In this document: positions 9,505 through 18,151 of the stretch, in pieces
How the letters are laid out: every line of letters begins with the position of its first letter
Position numbering within the stretch: the stretch's first letter is position 1
DNA from: Candidatus Levybacteria bacterium RIFCSPHIGHO2_01_FULL_37_17
Lineage (GTDB): Bacteria; Patescibacteriota; Microgenomatia; Levybacterales; UBA12049
Length of the DNA: 58,864 nucleotides
NCBI GenBank assembly: GCA_001782035.1
Contig: MFNL01000002.1
Location: 1 to 58,864 of the forward strand
Direction: 5' to 3'
Program-made: the position numbers and the translations under genes
Notes under the pieces: generated by a model
What the model saw: only the letters and a program-made list of their open reading frames with translations
Told to the model about the DNA's origin: nothing
Database searches by the model: none

Positions 9505-10040
9505 TGAGATCTTATAAAACCGAGGGCATCGTAATTAAAAGAATTAGTCTGGCCGAGGCTGACAGAATTGTCACCATCTTTTCAAAAACTCACGGTAAAA
9601 TAAGCGTATTTGCAAAAGGCGTTAGAAAAATCACAAGCAGGCGCTCACCCCACATAGAGCTTTTAAATTATTCTAAATTTTCCCTTCACAAAGGGAAAAA
9701 TATGTTTACCTTATCGGAAGCAGAATCAATTCATAATTTCCATTTTTTAAAGAAAGACCTTAAAAAAGTAAGCGTTGCCTATCATGTGTGTGAGTTAATT
9801 GATAGTTTATGTGCAGAAAACGAGCATAGTCCTCAAGTTTTCGAGCTGTTAAAATTAACGCTTGAAAAAGTTGAAAAGGAAGAGAATTCCAACAACGCAA
9901 TTGCTAATTTTGAGATAATACTCCTTAAGCTCCTTGGATTTTTCAGAAATGAGGCAAGCCTAGATTTAAACAGACATAAACTTATTGAAAATATTTTGGA
10001 AAGAAAACTTAAAGCTAAACAGTTTTGGTCCTCTTTTTGA
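9504..10040 (+). CDS. recO: DNA repair protein RecO (short form)
   Basis: 'YKTEGIVIKRISLAEADRIVTIFSKTHGKISVFAKGVRK' is the RecO OB-fold N-terminus. TAATG overlap with the upstream gene. Confidence 0.8.
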   Translation: MRSYKTEGIVIKRISLAEADRIVTIFSKTHGKISVFAKGVRKITSRRSPHIELLNYSKFSLHKGKNMFTLSEAESIHNFHFLKKDLKKVSVAYHVCELIDSLCAENEHSPQVFELLKLTLEKVEKEENSNNAIANFEIILLKLLGFFRNEASLDLNRHKLIENILERKLKAKQFWSSF

Positions 10041-10046
10041 TACAAT
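10038..10046 (+). promoter_or_regulatory. Extended -10 promoter TGaTACAAT, 6 nt before ATG 10053
   Basis: TG at 10038-10039 and TACAAT at 10041-10046. No clear -35 element. Confidence 0.5.
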
Positions 10047-10052
10047 AAACAC

Positions 10053-11336
10053 ATGGATGAGAAGATGCAGCAAATAGTAGCCCTTTGCAAAAGACGGGGT
10101 TTTATTTTTCCAGGAAGTGAAATATACGGTGGACTAACGGGGACTTGGGATTGCGGACCATTAGGCGTTGAGCTTAAAAATAATATAAAGAAGCAGTGGT
10201 GGCTTTCCATGGTTCAAAGTAGGGAAGACGTGGTAGGAATTGACGCCTCAATTGTAATGAATAAAACCGTGTGGGAAAAATCAGGACATCTTAAAGCTTT
10301 TACAGACCCATTAGTTGAATGCAAAATCTGCCATTCACGTTTTAGAGCAGATAAAAAGGAAGAAATAGAGAATCATGAAAAAACTCACAAGGACAAAGTC
10401 TCCTGGACAGAGCCTAAAAATTTTAACTTATTGGTAAAAGCATTATTTGGTGTTTTGGAGGGTGAGCAATCGGAAGTATATCTTAGGGGGGAGATAACTC
10501 AAGGGGCTTTTGTCAATTTTGAAAACGTAGTCTCCTCAACACGCGTTAAAATACCCTTTGGCATAGCTCAAATTGGAAAAGCATTTAGAAATGAAATAAC
10601 TCCGGGTAATTTTACTTACCGAAGCAGAGAATTCGAACAAATGGAGTTAGAGTTTTTTGTTGAAAATAATGATAAAGAAGCTGATAAATGGTTCGATTAT
10701 TGGAAGGAGCAGAGGATGAGCTGGTATGCAGGGCTTGGAATTAATAAAGATAATTTAAGATTTAGAAAACACGAAGACAGCGAGCGAGCTCATTACGCAA
10801 AGTATGCCGAAGATATCGAATATAATGCGCCATTTGGCTGGAGCGAATTTGAAGGAATACATCACAGAGGTGACTACGACCTTAAAGCGCACGCTTTAAA
10901 CTACGTTGGAGAGAATGGCGAAAAGTACACGCCTTGGGTAATTGAGACTTCAGGTGGAGTAGACAGATCTATGCTTTTCTTTTTGCTCGATTCTTTTTCT
11001 AAAGAAGGAGAGCGTACCGTTCTTAAACTCCATCCCAAACTTGCGCCTTACAAAGTTGCGGTATTTCCGCTTCTTGCAAATAAAGAGGATTTGGTAAAGA
11101 GAGCACGCTCAATTTTTGAGAATTTAAAACCACAATTTATGACAGCGTGGGATGATAGAGGAAATATCGGAAAGCGATATCTAGCACAAGATGAAGCCGG
11201 CACCCCCTGGTGTGTAACGGTCGATTTCCAGACACTTGAAGATGAAACAGTTACCGTACGTGACCGCGACACCGCAAAACAGAAAAGAATAAAGGTAGAA
11301 GAGCTATCTCAATATTTTCAAAATAAACTTACTTGA
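10053..11336 (+). CDS. glyQS: Glycine--tRNA ligase (homodimeric class II, GlyQS type)
   Basis: 'ALCKRRGFIFPGSEIYGGLTGTWDCGPLGVELKNNIKKQWW' and 'FRNEITPGNFTYRSREFEQMELEFF' (class II motif 2). Confidence 0.9.
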   Translation: MDEKMQQIVALCKRRGFIFPGSEIYGGLTGTWDCGPLGVELKNNIKKQWWLSMVQSREDVVGIDASIVMNKTVWEKSGHLKAFTDPLVECKICHSRFRADKKEEIENHEKTHKDKVSWTEPKNFNLLVKALFGVLEGEQSEVYLRGEITQGAFVNFENVVSSTRVKIPFGIAQIGKAFRNEITPGNFTYRSREFEQMELEFFVENNDKEADKWFDYWKEQRMSWYAGLGINKDNLRFRKHEDSERAHYAKYAEDIEYNAPFGWSEFEGIHHRGDYDLKAHALNYVGENGEKYTPWVIETSGGVDRSMLFFLLDSFSKEGERTVLKLHPKLAPYKVAVFPLLANKEDLVKRARSIFENLKPQFMTAWDDRGNIGKRYLAQDEAGTPWCVTVDFQTLEDETVTVRDRDTAKQKRIKVEELSQYFQNKLT

Positions 11337-11361
11337 CAGGACTTATTTTTTTCTTTAAGAT
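11333..11361 (+). promoter_or_regulatory. Promoter TTGACA-N17-TAAGAT, 6 nt before GTG 11368
   Basis: TTGACA at 11333-11338 overlaps the glyQS stop codon. TAAGAT at 11356-11361. Confidence 0.55.
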
Positions 11362-11367
11362 TTTATT

Positions 11368-11829
11368 GTGAACGTAGAATTACTTAAAAGCAGAAATTTT
11401 TTAATAGGAACAGTAGTTTTAGTTGTTGTAGCACTCATAGGAGCATTTTTTTTGTTTAGAAGCTCGTCGCCAGCTCAAAACGTGCCACTGGCTCAAGAAG
11501 AGGAACAAATTCCAACTATCTTGGCAGAAGAATTAGGCCTTGAACTTGAAGCAGCTTCCTCGGAAAATGCTGTTTATTTATTAGTTGGCAAACCGGGGGG
11601 AATTAAAGACATGGAATATGAAGTCTCGTATCTTGCGGGTGATATACCCAGGGGAGCTGTAGGCAAAGTAAATCTTGCAAAAAATCCAGTGAGAGAGAGA
11701 ATTTATCTTGGTACTTGTTCGGATGTGTGCCATCCGGATAAGGACATCTCAGACATTAAAGTTGTTGTTAAGCTTGTAAAAGACGGAAAAACTTATCAAT
11801 CCGAAACCTCGCTTTCTAGTTACGAATAA
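11368..11829 (+). CDS. Hypothetical membrane-anchored protein
   Basis: 153-aa ORF with a GTG start, one N-terminal TM helix (FLIGTVVLVVVALIGAFFLF), an acidic linker and a C-terminal domain with no motif I recognise. Confidence 0.5.
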   Translation: MNVELLKSRNFLIGTVVLVVVALIGAFFLFRSSSPAQNVPLAQEEEQIPTILAEELGLELEAASSENAVYLLVGKPGGIKDMEYEVSYLAGDIPRGAVGKVNLAKNPVRERIYLGTCSDVCHPDKDISDIKVVVKLVKDGKTYQSETSLSSYE

Positions 11830-11895
11830 TTTTCCATTTAAACTCTACATTTAGTGACTTGTTAGCTTCTTACACGCTATTTTCCAAAGTTCCTA

Positions 11896-11922
11896 TTGAC
11901 ACATTGTTGTTTTATGTATCAA
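11896..11922 (+). promoter_or_regulatory. Putative dcw (Pmra-like) promoter
   Basis: TTGACA at 11896-11901. The candidate -10 is TATCAA at 11917-11922 (spacer 15) or CAAAAT at 11920-11925 (spacer 18). The -10 is imperfect. Confidence 0.4.
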
Positions 11923-11933
11923 AATGGATTAAA

Positions 11934-11959
11934 GTGGGAAGATAAGGGAAAAGGTGGGA
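11934..11959 (+). promoter_or_regulatory. Putative MraZ operator: three direct repeats GTGGGA / AAGGGA / GTGGGA at exact 10-bp phasing
   Basis: Boxes start at 11934, 11944 and 11954, between the putative promoter and the mraZ SD (GGAGG at 11962-11966). MraZ is known to bind phased GTGG(G/T)-type direct repeats upstream of its own operon. Confidence 0.6.
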
Positions 11960-11972
11960 TAGGAGGCAGGAA

Positions 11973-12413
11973 ATGTTATTAGGGCAATATGAAGCAAGGA
12001 TTGATTCTAAGGGAAGAACGTCATTCCCAAAAAAATTCAGGGAAGCCTTGGGAGACAAATTAATTATAACTTTGGGTTATGAAAACTCACTTATTGTTGT
12101 ATCGGAAAAAAACTGGAAAGCATTACTTGAGGGTACGGAAGGGAGACCATTTATTCATGCCGAAACAAGAGAAACTCAAAGATTTTTACTCGGGGGGGCT
12201 CACAATGTCGAACTTGACAGTAAAGGAAGGTTTATACTTCCACGCTATCTTGCGGAGTTTGGAAGAATTGAAAACGAGGTCGTTTTCATAGGTCTTTCAC
12301 GGTACGTTGAAATTTGGGACAAGAAAATATGGCAAAAGTACAGAGTTGTACTTGCAAGTCGCATTGAGGCTATTTCAAAGAGGCTGACAGAGGACAAGGG
12401 GAAAAATGGATAA
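11973..12413 (+). CDS. mraZ: Transcriptional regulator MraZ
   Basis: 'GQYEARIDSKGRTSFPKKFRE' and a second 'DSKGRFILPRYL' SpoVT/AbrB-like repeat. SD GGAGG lies 6 nt upstream. Confidence 0.9.
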   Translation: MLLGQYEARIDSKGRTSFPKKFREALGDKLIITLGYENSLIVVSEKNWKALLEGTEGRPFIHAETRETQRFLLGGAHNVELDSKGRFILPRYLAEFGRIENEVVFIGLSRYVEIWDKKIWQKYRVVLASRIEAISKRLTEDKGKNG

Positions 12414-13302
12414 GTTCCATAGAAGTGTTCTTTTAAAAGAAGCGCTAGGCTGTCTGAAGGTAAAAAAGGGGAAAAGGTACATAGACGCAACTTTGGGGGG
12501 TGGAGGATATTCGCTTGAGATTTTAAAACGTGGAGGAGAAGTTTTGGGCATAGATGCTGATCAAGATGCAATAGATTATGTTAGAGAAAAACTAAAATCT
12601 CAGGCCTCAAGTCTCAAATTAAGGATAGTAAAAGAGAATTTTAAGAATCTAGGAAAAATTGCAAAAGAGGCGGGATTTGAGAAAGTAGACGGAGCAGTTT
12701 TTGACCTAGGGGTATCGAGTTATCAGATAGACACAGCACAAAGGGGTTTCAGTTTTTTGAAAGACGGACCTTTAGACATGAGAATGGATAGAAGAGAAGG
12801 GGTAAACGCAGAATATTTAATTAATGTTTTAGGAAAGGAAAACTTATATGAATTATTTAAAAAATTTGGTGAAGAAAATAACCCAGGTAGAATTGTTCGC
12901 GCTATTGTACAGAGACGTAAAATGAAGGCAATAAAAACAACAAACGAATTGGTAAGCGTGATAGCAGGTGCAGTTGGAATTAGAGGTATAATTTCGGATT
13001 TTCAAAAAAACCGAATAGCTCAAAAGATTTTTCAGGCATTGCGGATTGCGGTAAATAATGAACTTGAAAACCTGGCCTTGGCGCTTCCTCAAGCCGTAGG
13101 CTTATTAAATTCCAATGGCGTTTTGGCAGTAGTTTCTTTTCATTCGCTGGAAGACACAATTGTTAAAACCTCATTTAAAAACTTTGAGAAAAGCGGGCTT
13201 GGAGAAATAATTACACAAAAGCCAATATCTCCAACGGCTAAGGAAATAAGCTTAAATCTGCGAGCAAAAAGTGCAAAGCTTAGGATATTTAAAAAAAAAT
13301 AA
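12406..13302 (+). CDS. rsmH: 16S rRNA (cytosine1402-N4)-methyltransferase RsmH
   Basis: 'HRSVLLKEALGCL', 'YIDATLGGGGYS', 'DLGVSSYQID' and 'SFHSLEDTIVK' motifs. Confidence 0.9.
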   Translation: MDKFHRSVLLKEALGCLKVKKGKRYIDATLGGGGYSLEILKRGGEVLGIDADQDAIDYVREKLKSQASSLKLRIVKENFKNLGKIAKEAGFEKVDGAVFDLGVSSYQIDTAQRGFSFLKDGPLDMRMDRREGVNAEYLINVLGKENLYELFKKFGEENNPGRIVRAIVQRRKMKAIKTTNELVSVIAGAVGIRGIISDFQKNRIAQKIFQALRIAVNNELENLALALPQAVGLLNSNGVLAVVSFHSLEDTIVKTSFKNFEKSGLGEIITQKPISPTAKEISLNLRAKSAKLRIFKKK

Positions 13303-13586
13303 TGAAAAAACCGTTCCTTATTATTCTAATTCTTTTTGTAATAACAATTGGCCTTGCAATTGTGAGAACTTTTATTTCTAACAATATTGTAACTTCCGGA
13401 ATTGTTTTATCTAGTATTGAGTCCAAGACACAAGAACTTGAAACTCAAAATGCCATTCTTTCGGAAAAATTATATAAGCTAACTTCACTTTCGGAAATTG
13501 CAAAAAAAGCTGAAAAATTAGGTTTTTTTGAAAACCGAAACAATTTTGCTATATTTTCACAAAGACCTGTTGCTCTTAAACAATGA
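13302..13586 (+). CDS. FtsL-like cell division protein
   Basis: 94 aa with a single N-terminal TM helix plus a coiled-coil segment. Occupies the canonical position between rsmH and ftsI. Confidence 0.55.
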   Translation: MKKPFLIILILFVITIGLAIVRTFISNNIVTSGIVLSSIESKTQELETQNAILSEKLYKLTSLSEIAKKAEKLGFFENRNNFAIFSQRPVALKQ

Positions 13587-15265
13587 CATGGAGGCATAAA
13601 TTAGTTCTTTTTTCAATTCTTTTTGCTTTTCTTTTAGTAGTTTTCAGGCTTTTCTACTGGCAAATTATTAAGGCTTCGGAACTTTCTGTTTTAGGCAGAC
13701 TGCAGTATGGAACAGCAATAAAGTTACTTCCAAAACGCGGAGAGATAAAAACCAGTGACGGATTTCCCATAGCAACAAACAAAATAACATATCAAGTTTT
13801 TGCAAACCCCAAGGAAATAAAAGACCTAAAGGGCTCCGCAGAAGAACTAGCAAGTATTCTTGATATTCCGGTATCCTCTGTATCTGGCCAATTAGCTATG
13901 GATAAGTTTTGGGTTCCGATAGATGAGGGGATAGACATAGAAATAAAAAATAAAATTGAAAATCTCAAATTATCAGGGATAGGGTTCGCCGAACAATATA
14001 AACGTTTTTATCCTGAGGCATCTCTTGCTGCCCACCTTCTTGGATTTGTTGGAAAAGACGAAGCAGGTACAGATAAAGGATATTTTGGTCTTGAAGGGTA
14101 TTATGACAGGCTTCTTCGTGGCGAGGAAGGAATTGCAACTCAGGTGAAAGATGCATTGGGCAAGCCAATTCTTGCCAAATTATCGGCAGCGACGGGAGGT
14201 TCAAATGGTAAGAATCTAATTTTATCGATTGATCGCTCAATCCAGTTTTTGGCAGAATCAAAGCTTGAGCAGGGTATAGAAAAATATGGCGCAAGAGGTG
14301 GAATGATAGGAATAATGGATCCTAAAACCGGAAATATACTAGCTCTTTCCTCTTTTCCAACATTTGACCCGAGGTCTTACCAAAAATATTCGGAGGATTT
14401 ATTCAGAAATACTTTCATATCCGATTTATACGAACCAGGATCAACATTTAAACCAATAATTATGTCCTCGGCACTTGATGCAAACGCGGTTACGCCAGAA
14501 ACCAAGTGTAATATTTGCAGCGGCCCAATATCAATTGGTGGTTTTGAAATTCACACTTGGAATGATAAGTATTATCCAAACATTACAATGCTTGAGACCA
14601 TTCAACATTCGGACAACACAGGTATGGTATTTGTTTCACAGAAATTAGGGTTAGATAGGACAATCTCGTATTTAAATAAATTCGGAATGGGGAGAAATAC
14701 GGGAGTAGACTTGCAAGGGGAAGTCTCCGGGGTGCTAAAAGATAGAGATAGTTGGTATACGGTCGATTTGGCAACAACCGCTTTTGGACAAGGTATTTCT
14801 GTAACTCCTATTCAACTTTTAACGGCAGTTGCCGCAATTGCGAATGGCGGAAGACTTATGGAGCCTCATATAGTCAGTGCCGTTGAATACGAATACGGCA
14901 ATCCCATTAAAATACCCCCTAAAACGCTTGGGCAGACTATTAAGCCTGAAACTGCCAAAATTATGACCGATATAATGGTAAATGCGGTAAATAAAGGGGA
15001 AGCCTCCTGGACCCGCCTAAAAGGCTTTAGAATAGCTGGAAAGACAGGGACGGCCTCTATTCCAATTGCTGGACATTATGACCCAAATCAGACCATTGCT
15101 TCATTTATTGGCTTTGCGCCTGCGGAGGATCCAAAATTTGTAATGCTTGTAGTTTTAGATAGACCAACTACCTCTATTTACGGAGCAGAAACAGCCGCGC
15201 CGATTTTTTTCGATATATCGCGGTCTCTTTTGACCCACTTTCGGGTGCCATCAAGTACGGAATAA
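13583..15265 (+). CDS. ftsI: Class B penicillin-binding protein (FtsI/PBP2-type transpeptidase)
   Basis: N-terminal TM helix, then SxxK 'GSTFKP', SxN 'HSDNTG' and 'AGKTGTA' motifs. Confidence 0.85.
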   Translation: MTWRHKLVLFSILFAFLLVVFRLFYWQIIKASELSVLGRLQYGTAIKLLPKRGEIKTSDGFPIATNKITYQVFANPKEIKDLKGSAEELASILDIPVSSVSGQLAMDKFWVPIDEGIDIEIKNKIENLKLSGIGFAEQYKRFYPEASLAAHLLGFVGKDEAGTDKGYFGLEGYYDRLLRGEEGIATQVKDALGKPILAKLSAATGGSNGKNLILSIDRSIQFLAESKLEQGIEKYGARGGMIGIMDPKTGNILALSSFPTFDPRSYQKYSEDLFRNTFISDLYEPGSTFKPIIMSSALDANAVTPETKCNICSGPISIGGFEIHTWNDKYYPNITMLETIQHSDNTGMVFVSQKLGLDRTISYLNKFGMGRNTGVDLQGEVSGVLKDRDSWYTVDLATTAFGQGISVTPIQLLTAVAAIANGGRLMEPHIVSAVEYEYGNPIKIPPKTLGQTIKPETAKIMTDIMVNAVNKGEASWTRLKGFRIAGKTGTASIPIAGHYDPNQTIASFIGFAPAEDPKFVMLVVLDRPTTSIYGAETAAPIFFDISRSLLTHFRVPSSTE

Positions 15266-15268
15266 AGG

Positions 15269-15274
15269 TATAAT
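15269..15274 (+). promoter_or_regulatory. -10 box TATAAT, 7 nt before ATG 15282 (murF)
   Basis: TATAAT read at 15269-15274. No convincing -35 element. Confidence 0.4.
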
Positions 15275-15281
15275 ATAGCTT

Positions 15282-16616
15282 ATGAAAAAAATACTTGTGA
15301 ATTTTATGCTTTTTTACCTTAGAATCGCAGCTTGGTTCCAGCTTAAGAAATTCAATCCATATATACTGGGAGTAGGTGGAGCAAGCGGGAAGACTTCTTT
15401 GTCTAATTTCATTTATATTATTTTTAAAAATAGTTTCATAACCAAACAAGGGAAAGGAAAAAACAGCGAAACGGGAATACCCTTGGACGTATTAGATATT
15501 TCAATAAAAAGTTACTCAACTCTGGAATGGTTGAAAATTTTATTTCTTGTACCCCTAAGGTTATTTTTTAATTGGAAAAGGGTGGAGGTATACATTGCGG
15601 AAATGGGAATAGACAGCCCACTTCCGCCCAAGAATATGAGTTATCTTTTAAAAATAGTAAAGCCAAGTGTTGGAGTCTTGACAAATATATCTTATGAGCA
15701 TAGCCAATATTTCGACCCCCTGGTTGATGAGCGCGATGAAAAAGAACGAGAAAAAGATATCCTTGAACTTACAAAAGAACAGGAAGGCTTACTATTAACC
15801 TCACTTTCTAAAAATGACATTGCTATTTTAAACATAGACGATGAAAATATAGTCGACCTTGAGAATTCTATTTTAGCCAACAAGATTACAGTTTCTGCTC
15901 AAAAACATAACAGTGATTTTTACATTGAAAAAATACAGAATTTTGTCAATAGGTTTGAAACAACTTTCAAATTCCAAGAAAAGAAATACAAAGTTGTAAT
16001 AAAAAACCCATTGCCTGCTCATTTTGCTTATTCTTTTGTCTTAGCAATTGCTGCGTCTAGTACAAAAATTCCGGATATTCAACAATCTATAAACGCTTTA
16101 GAAAGAAATTTTATGCTTCCTGCAGGAAGAATGAGCGTGTTCCAAGGAATTAAAGACACTATCATTTTTGATTCTTCATATAACAACGCTACCTTATCTC
16201 CGATCTTGGATTTACTCGATTTTGTAAAGGAAATTGGAGGACAAAGGAGGCGGACAGGCATAATTGGGGACATGCGAGAGCTTGGAACAATGAGTAAAGC
16301 ACTGCACGAAGAAGTTGCAAGAAAGATTCTAAAAACTTTAGATCAGGTTATTTTAATCGGTCCTCTAACTCAAAAATTTATGGAGCCTATTCTAAAAAAA
16401 GATAATTTCCCTGTATATTCTTTCGTTAATTTCACAGACGCAAAAACTGTAATTTTAGAAGAAGTTAAGCCAAAAGACCTAATACTTATTAAGGGTTCGC
16501 AAAATACTTTATTTTTGGAAAGGGCAGTGGAGCTTCTTTTAAAAGATAAGCAAGATATACAGTATTTGTGCAGACGCGGAGCTTTTTGGGATAACATTAG
16601 AAGCAAGACCTTATAA
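15282..16616 (+). CDS. murF: Mur ligase, MurF-like (UDP-MurNAc-tripeptide--D-Ala-D-Ala ligase), lacking the N-terminal domain
   Basis: P-loop 'GVGGASGKTS' already at residues ~30-39. Also 'GKNSETGIPL', 'AEMGIDSP...VGVLTNISYEH', 'DSSYNNATLSPI', 'IIGDMRELG' and 'ILIKGSQN'. The N-terminus is hydrophobic. Confidence 0.65.
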   Translation: MKKILVNFMLFYLRIAAWFQLKKFNPYILGVGGASGKTSLSNFIYIIFKNSFITKQGKGKNSETGIPLDVLDISIKSYSTLEWLKILFLVPLRLFFNWKRVEVYIAEMGIDSPLPPKNMSYLLKIVKPSVGVLTNISYEHSQYFDPLVDERDEKEREKDILELTKEQEGLLLTSLSKNDIAILNIDDENIVDLENSILANKITVSAQKHNSDFYIEKIQNFVNRFETTFKFQEKKYKVVIKNPLPAHFAYSFVLAIAASSTKIPDIQQSINALERNFMLPAGRMSVFQGIKDTIIFDSSYNNATLSPILDLLDFVKEIGGQRRRTGIIGDMRELGTMSKALHEEVARKILKTLDQVILIGPLTQKFMEPILKKDNFPVYSFVNFTDAKTVILEEVKPKDLILIKGSQNTLFLERAVELLLKDKQDIQYLCRRGAFWDNIRSKTL

Positions 16617-16943
16617 AGAAAACCTCAATATGTTTCCTATTTTCAAATCCAATTTCCGTATCGTTCCCGAAGGAGCTTCTATTATATATGAAAATTTAGG
16701 ATTCCATAAAAATAACCTATTCGGAGGCAAATCTTTCTTTATTTTTACAACTTTCCCAGTAGTGTCTAATATGATCACATCAATTGGAGTCGCAACAAAA
16801 AAAGTATGTATACCAAATCTTGTTTCAAATAGTATTGCTTTGGATAGGCCACTTCCTGTTGCCCCGATTGTTTTCTGCTTCCAGCCTTTTAGAGATATTA
16901 CTCCAATGTCTATTTTCTTTCTATTTGTAGAGTTTTCTAGCAC
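16611..16943 (-). CDS. DUF192 domain protein
   Basis: 'FGIHTFFVATPIDVIILDTTGKVVKIKKDLPPNRLFLWNPKFSYIIEAPSG' fits the DUF192 pattern. The + strand ORF 16630-16983 looks like its antisense shadow. GTG start, exact start uncertain. Confidence 0.6.
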   Translation of the reverse strand: MLENSTNRKKIDIGVISLKGWKQKTIGATGSGLSKAILFETRFGIHTFFVATPIDVIILDTTGKVVKIKKDLPPNRLFLWNPKFSYIIEAPSGTIRKLDLKIGNILRFSL

Positions 16944-16953
16944 CTATTTATTA

Positions 16954-16959
16954 TATAAT
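16954..16959 (+). promoter_or_regulatory. -10 box TATAAT, 7 nt before ATG 16967 (murE)
   Basis: Read directly in the 23-nt divergent spacer between the DUF192 gene and murE. Confidence 0.45.
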
Positions 16960-16966
16960 ACGCTCT

Positions 16967-18151
16967 ATGTGGCAGAGTATTAAAAATATCTACCATTTTT
17001 TTGTCGCTTTAGGGGCAAATATTTTTTTCTTGTTCCCCTCAAGGAGGCTAATTGTCGTTGGAGTAACAGGCACAGACGGAAAAACAACGACTGCAAATTT
17101 AATATTTCATATATTAAAAAAATCCGGTAAAAAAGCTGCAGTTGTTACAAGTATTGGAAGCGAAATTAGAAATAAAAGTTCCAACATAAATTCTCATGTA
17201 ACTACCCCCTCACCTTTTAGCCTACAATGGTTAATTTTTAAAGCATGGATATCAGGCGCAAAATTTCTCGTATTGGAAGTTACCTCACACGCAATTGATC
17301 AATTTCGGATTTTAGGAATCCCGTTCTATGTTTCTATACTCACAAATATTACAAGTGAGCATCAGGATTACCATAAAACCTATGATAATTACTTAAAAAC
17401 GAAAGTTAAATTATTAAAAAAATCCAAATATGCGATTATTAACGAAGATGATGCTTCTTACTCACATGTAAAAAAAATCGTTAATGAAAACGATAAAGTA
17501 AGATTTATAACATATGGGTTATCGGAAATTTCAGATATTAATCCTACCAAATATCCGTTCAACAGTCCTTTTATGGTTGGGGACTTCAATGAATATAATA
17601 CTCTGGCAGCTATAGGAGCAGCAAAAGCGCTAGGTTTGTCCGATAGCAATATACAAGATGCGGTTAAAAGCTTTAAGCCTCCTAAGGGTAGGTTTGACAT
17701 TGTTTACTCTAGTGACTTTACTATAATCGTTGATTTTGCTCACACCCCTAATAGCTTTTCAAATATTCTTTTGGCTGTTAAAGAGATCGCTAAAGGAAAA
17801 ATTATTCACGTGTTTGGCAGCGCTGGAGAGAGAGACAGGTTAAAAAGACCCCTGATGGGAGAAATATCCTCCAAATATAGCGATATAATCATTCTAACTT
17901 CGGAGGACCCAAGAAGTGAAGACGCTTCTGAAATAATTGAACAAATAGCATCAGGCGTCAAAGGAAAAGAACAACTTATTAAAATTATTGACAGAAAAGA
18001 GGCTATTAAAGCAGCAGTACAAATGGCTGAAAAAAATGATGTTCTTTTAATTACAGGGAAGGGGCACGAGAATTCTATAAATTATGGCAAAGGTGAAGAG
18101 TTATGGGATGAATATGAAGTTATTGAGGAAGCGCTAAGCAAAAAAACATGA
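16967..18151 (+). CDS. murE: Mur ligase, MurE-like (UDP-MurNAc-L-Ala-D-Glu--diamino acid ligase), lacking the N-terminal domain
   Basis: P-loop 'GVTGTDGKTTT' at residues ~32-42. Also 'LEVTSHAIDQ', 'TNITSEHQDYH', 'VDFAHTPNS', 'GSAGERDRLKRPLMG', 'TSEDPRSED' (aligns with the DNPR motif) and 'ITGKGHE'. Confidence 0.75.
   Translation: MWQSIKNIYHFFVALGANIFFLFPSRRLIVVGVTGTDGKTTTANLIFHILKKSGKKAAVVTSIGSEIRNKSSNINSHVTTPSPFSLQWLIFKAWISGAKFLVLEVTSHAIDQFRILGIPFYVSILTNITSEHQDYHKTYDNYLKTKVKLLKKSKYAIINEDDASYSHVKKIVNENDKVRFITYGLSEISDINPTKYPFNSPFMVGDFNEYNTLAAIGAAKALGLSDSNIQDAVKSFKPPKGRFDIVYSSDFTIIVDFAHTPNSFSNILLAVKEIAKGKIIHVFGSAGERDRLKRPLMGEISSKYSDIIILTSEDPRSEDASEIIEQIASGVKGKEQLIKIIDRKEAIKAAVQMAEKNDVLLITGKGHENSINYGKGEELWDEYEVIEEALSKKT

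Noticed and set aside
16630-16983. 117-aa + strand ORF spanning the murF-murE gap
   Set aside because: Its sequence is low-complexity and hydrophobic and it mirrors the minus-strand DUF192 ORF, which has recognisable family motifs. It is most likely an antisense shadow ORF. Other long antisense ORFs in the track get the same treatment: 57159-57620, 23351-23761, 33033-33539, 18615-19106, 19524-19919, 21620-22072, 25927-26343 and 46469-46903.
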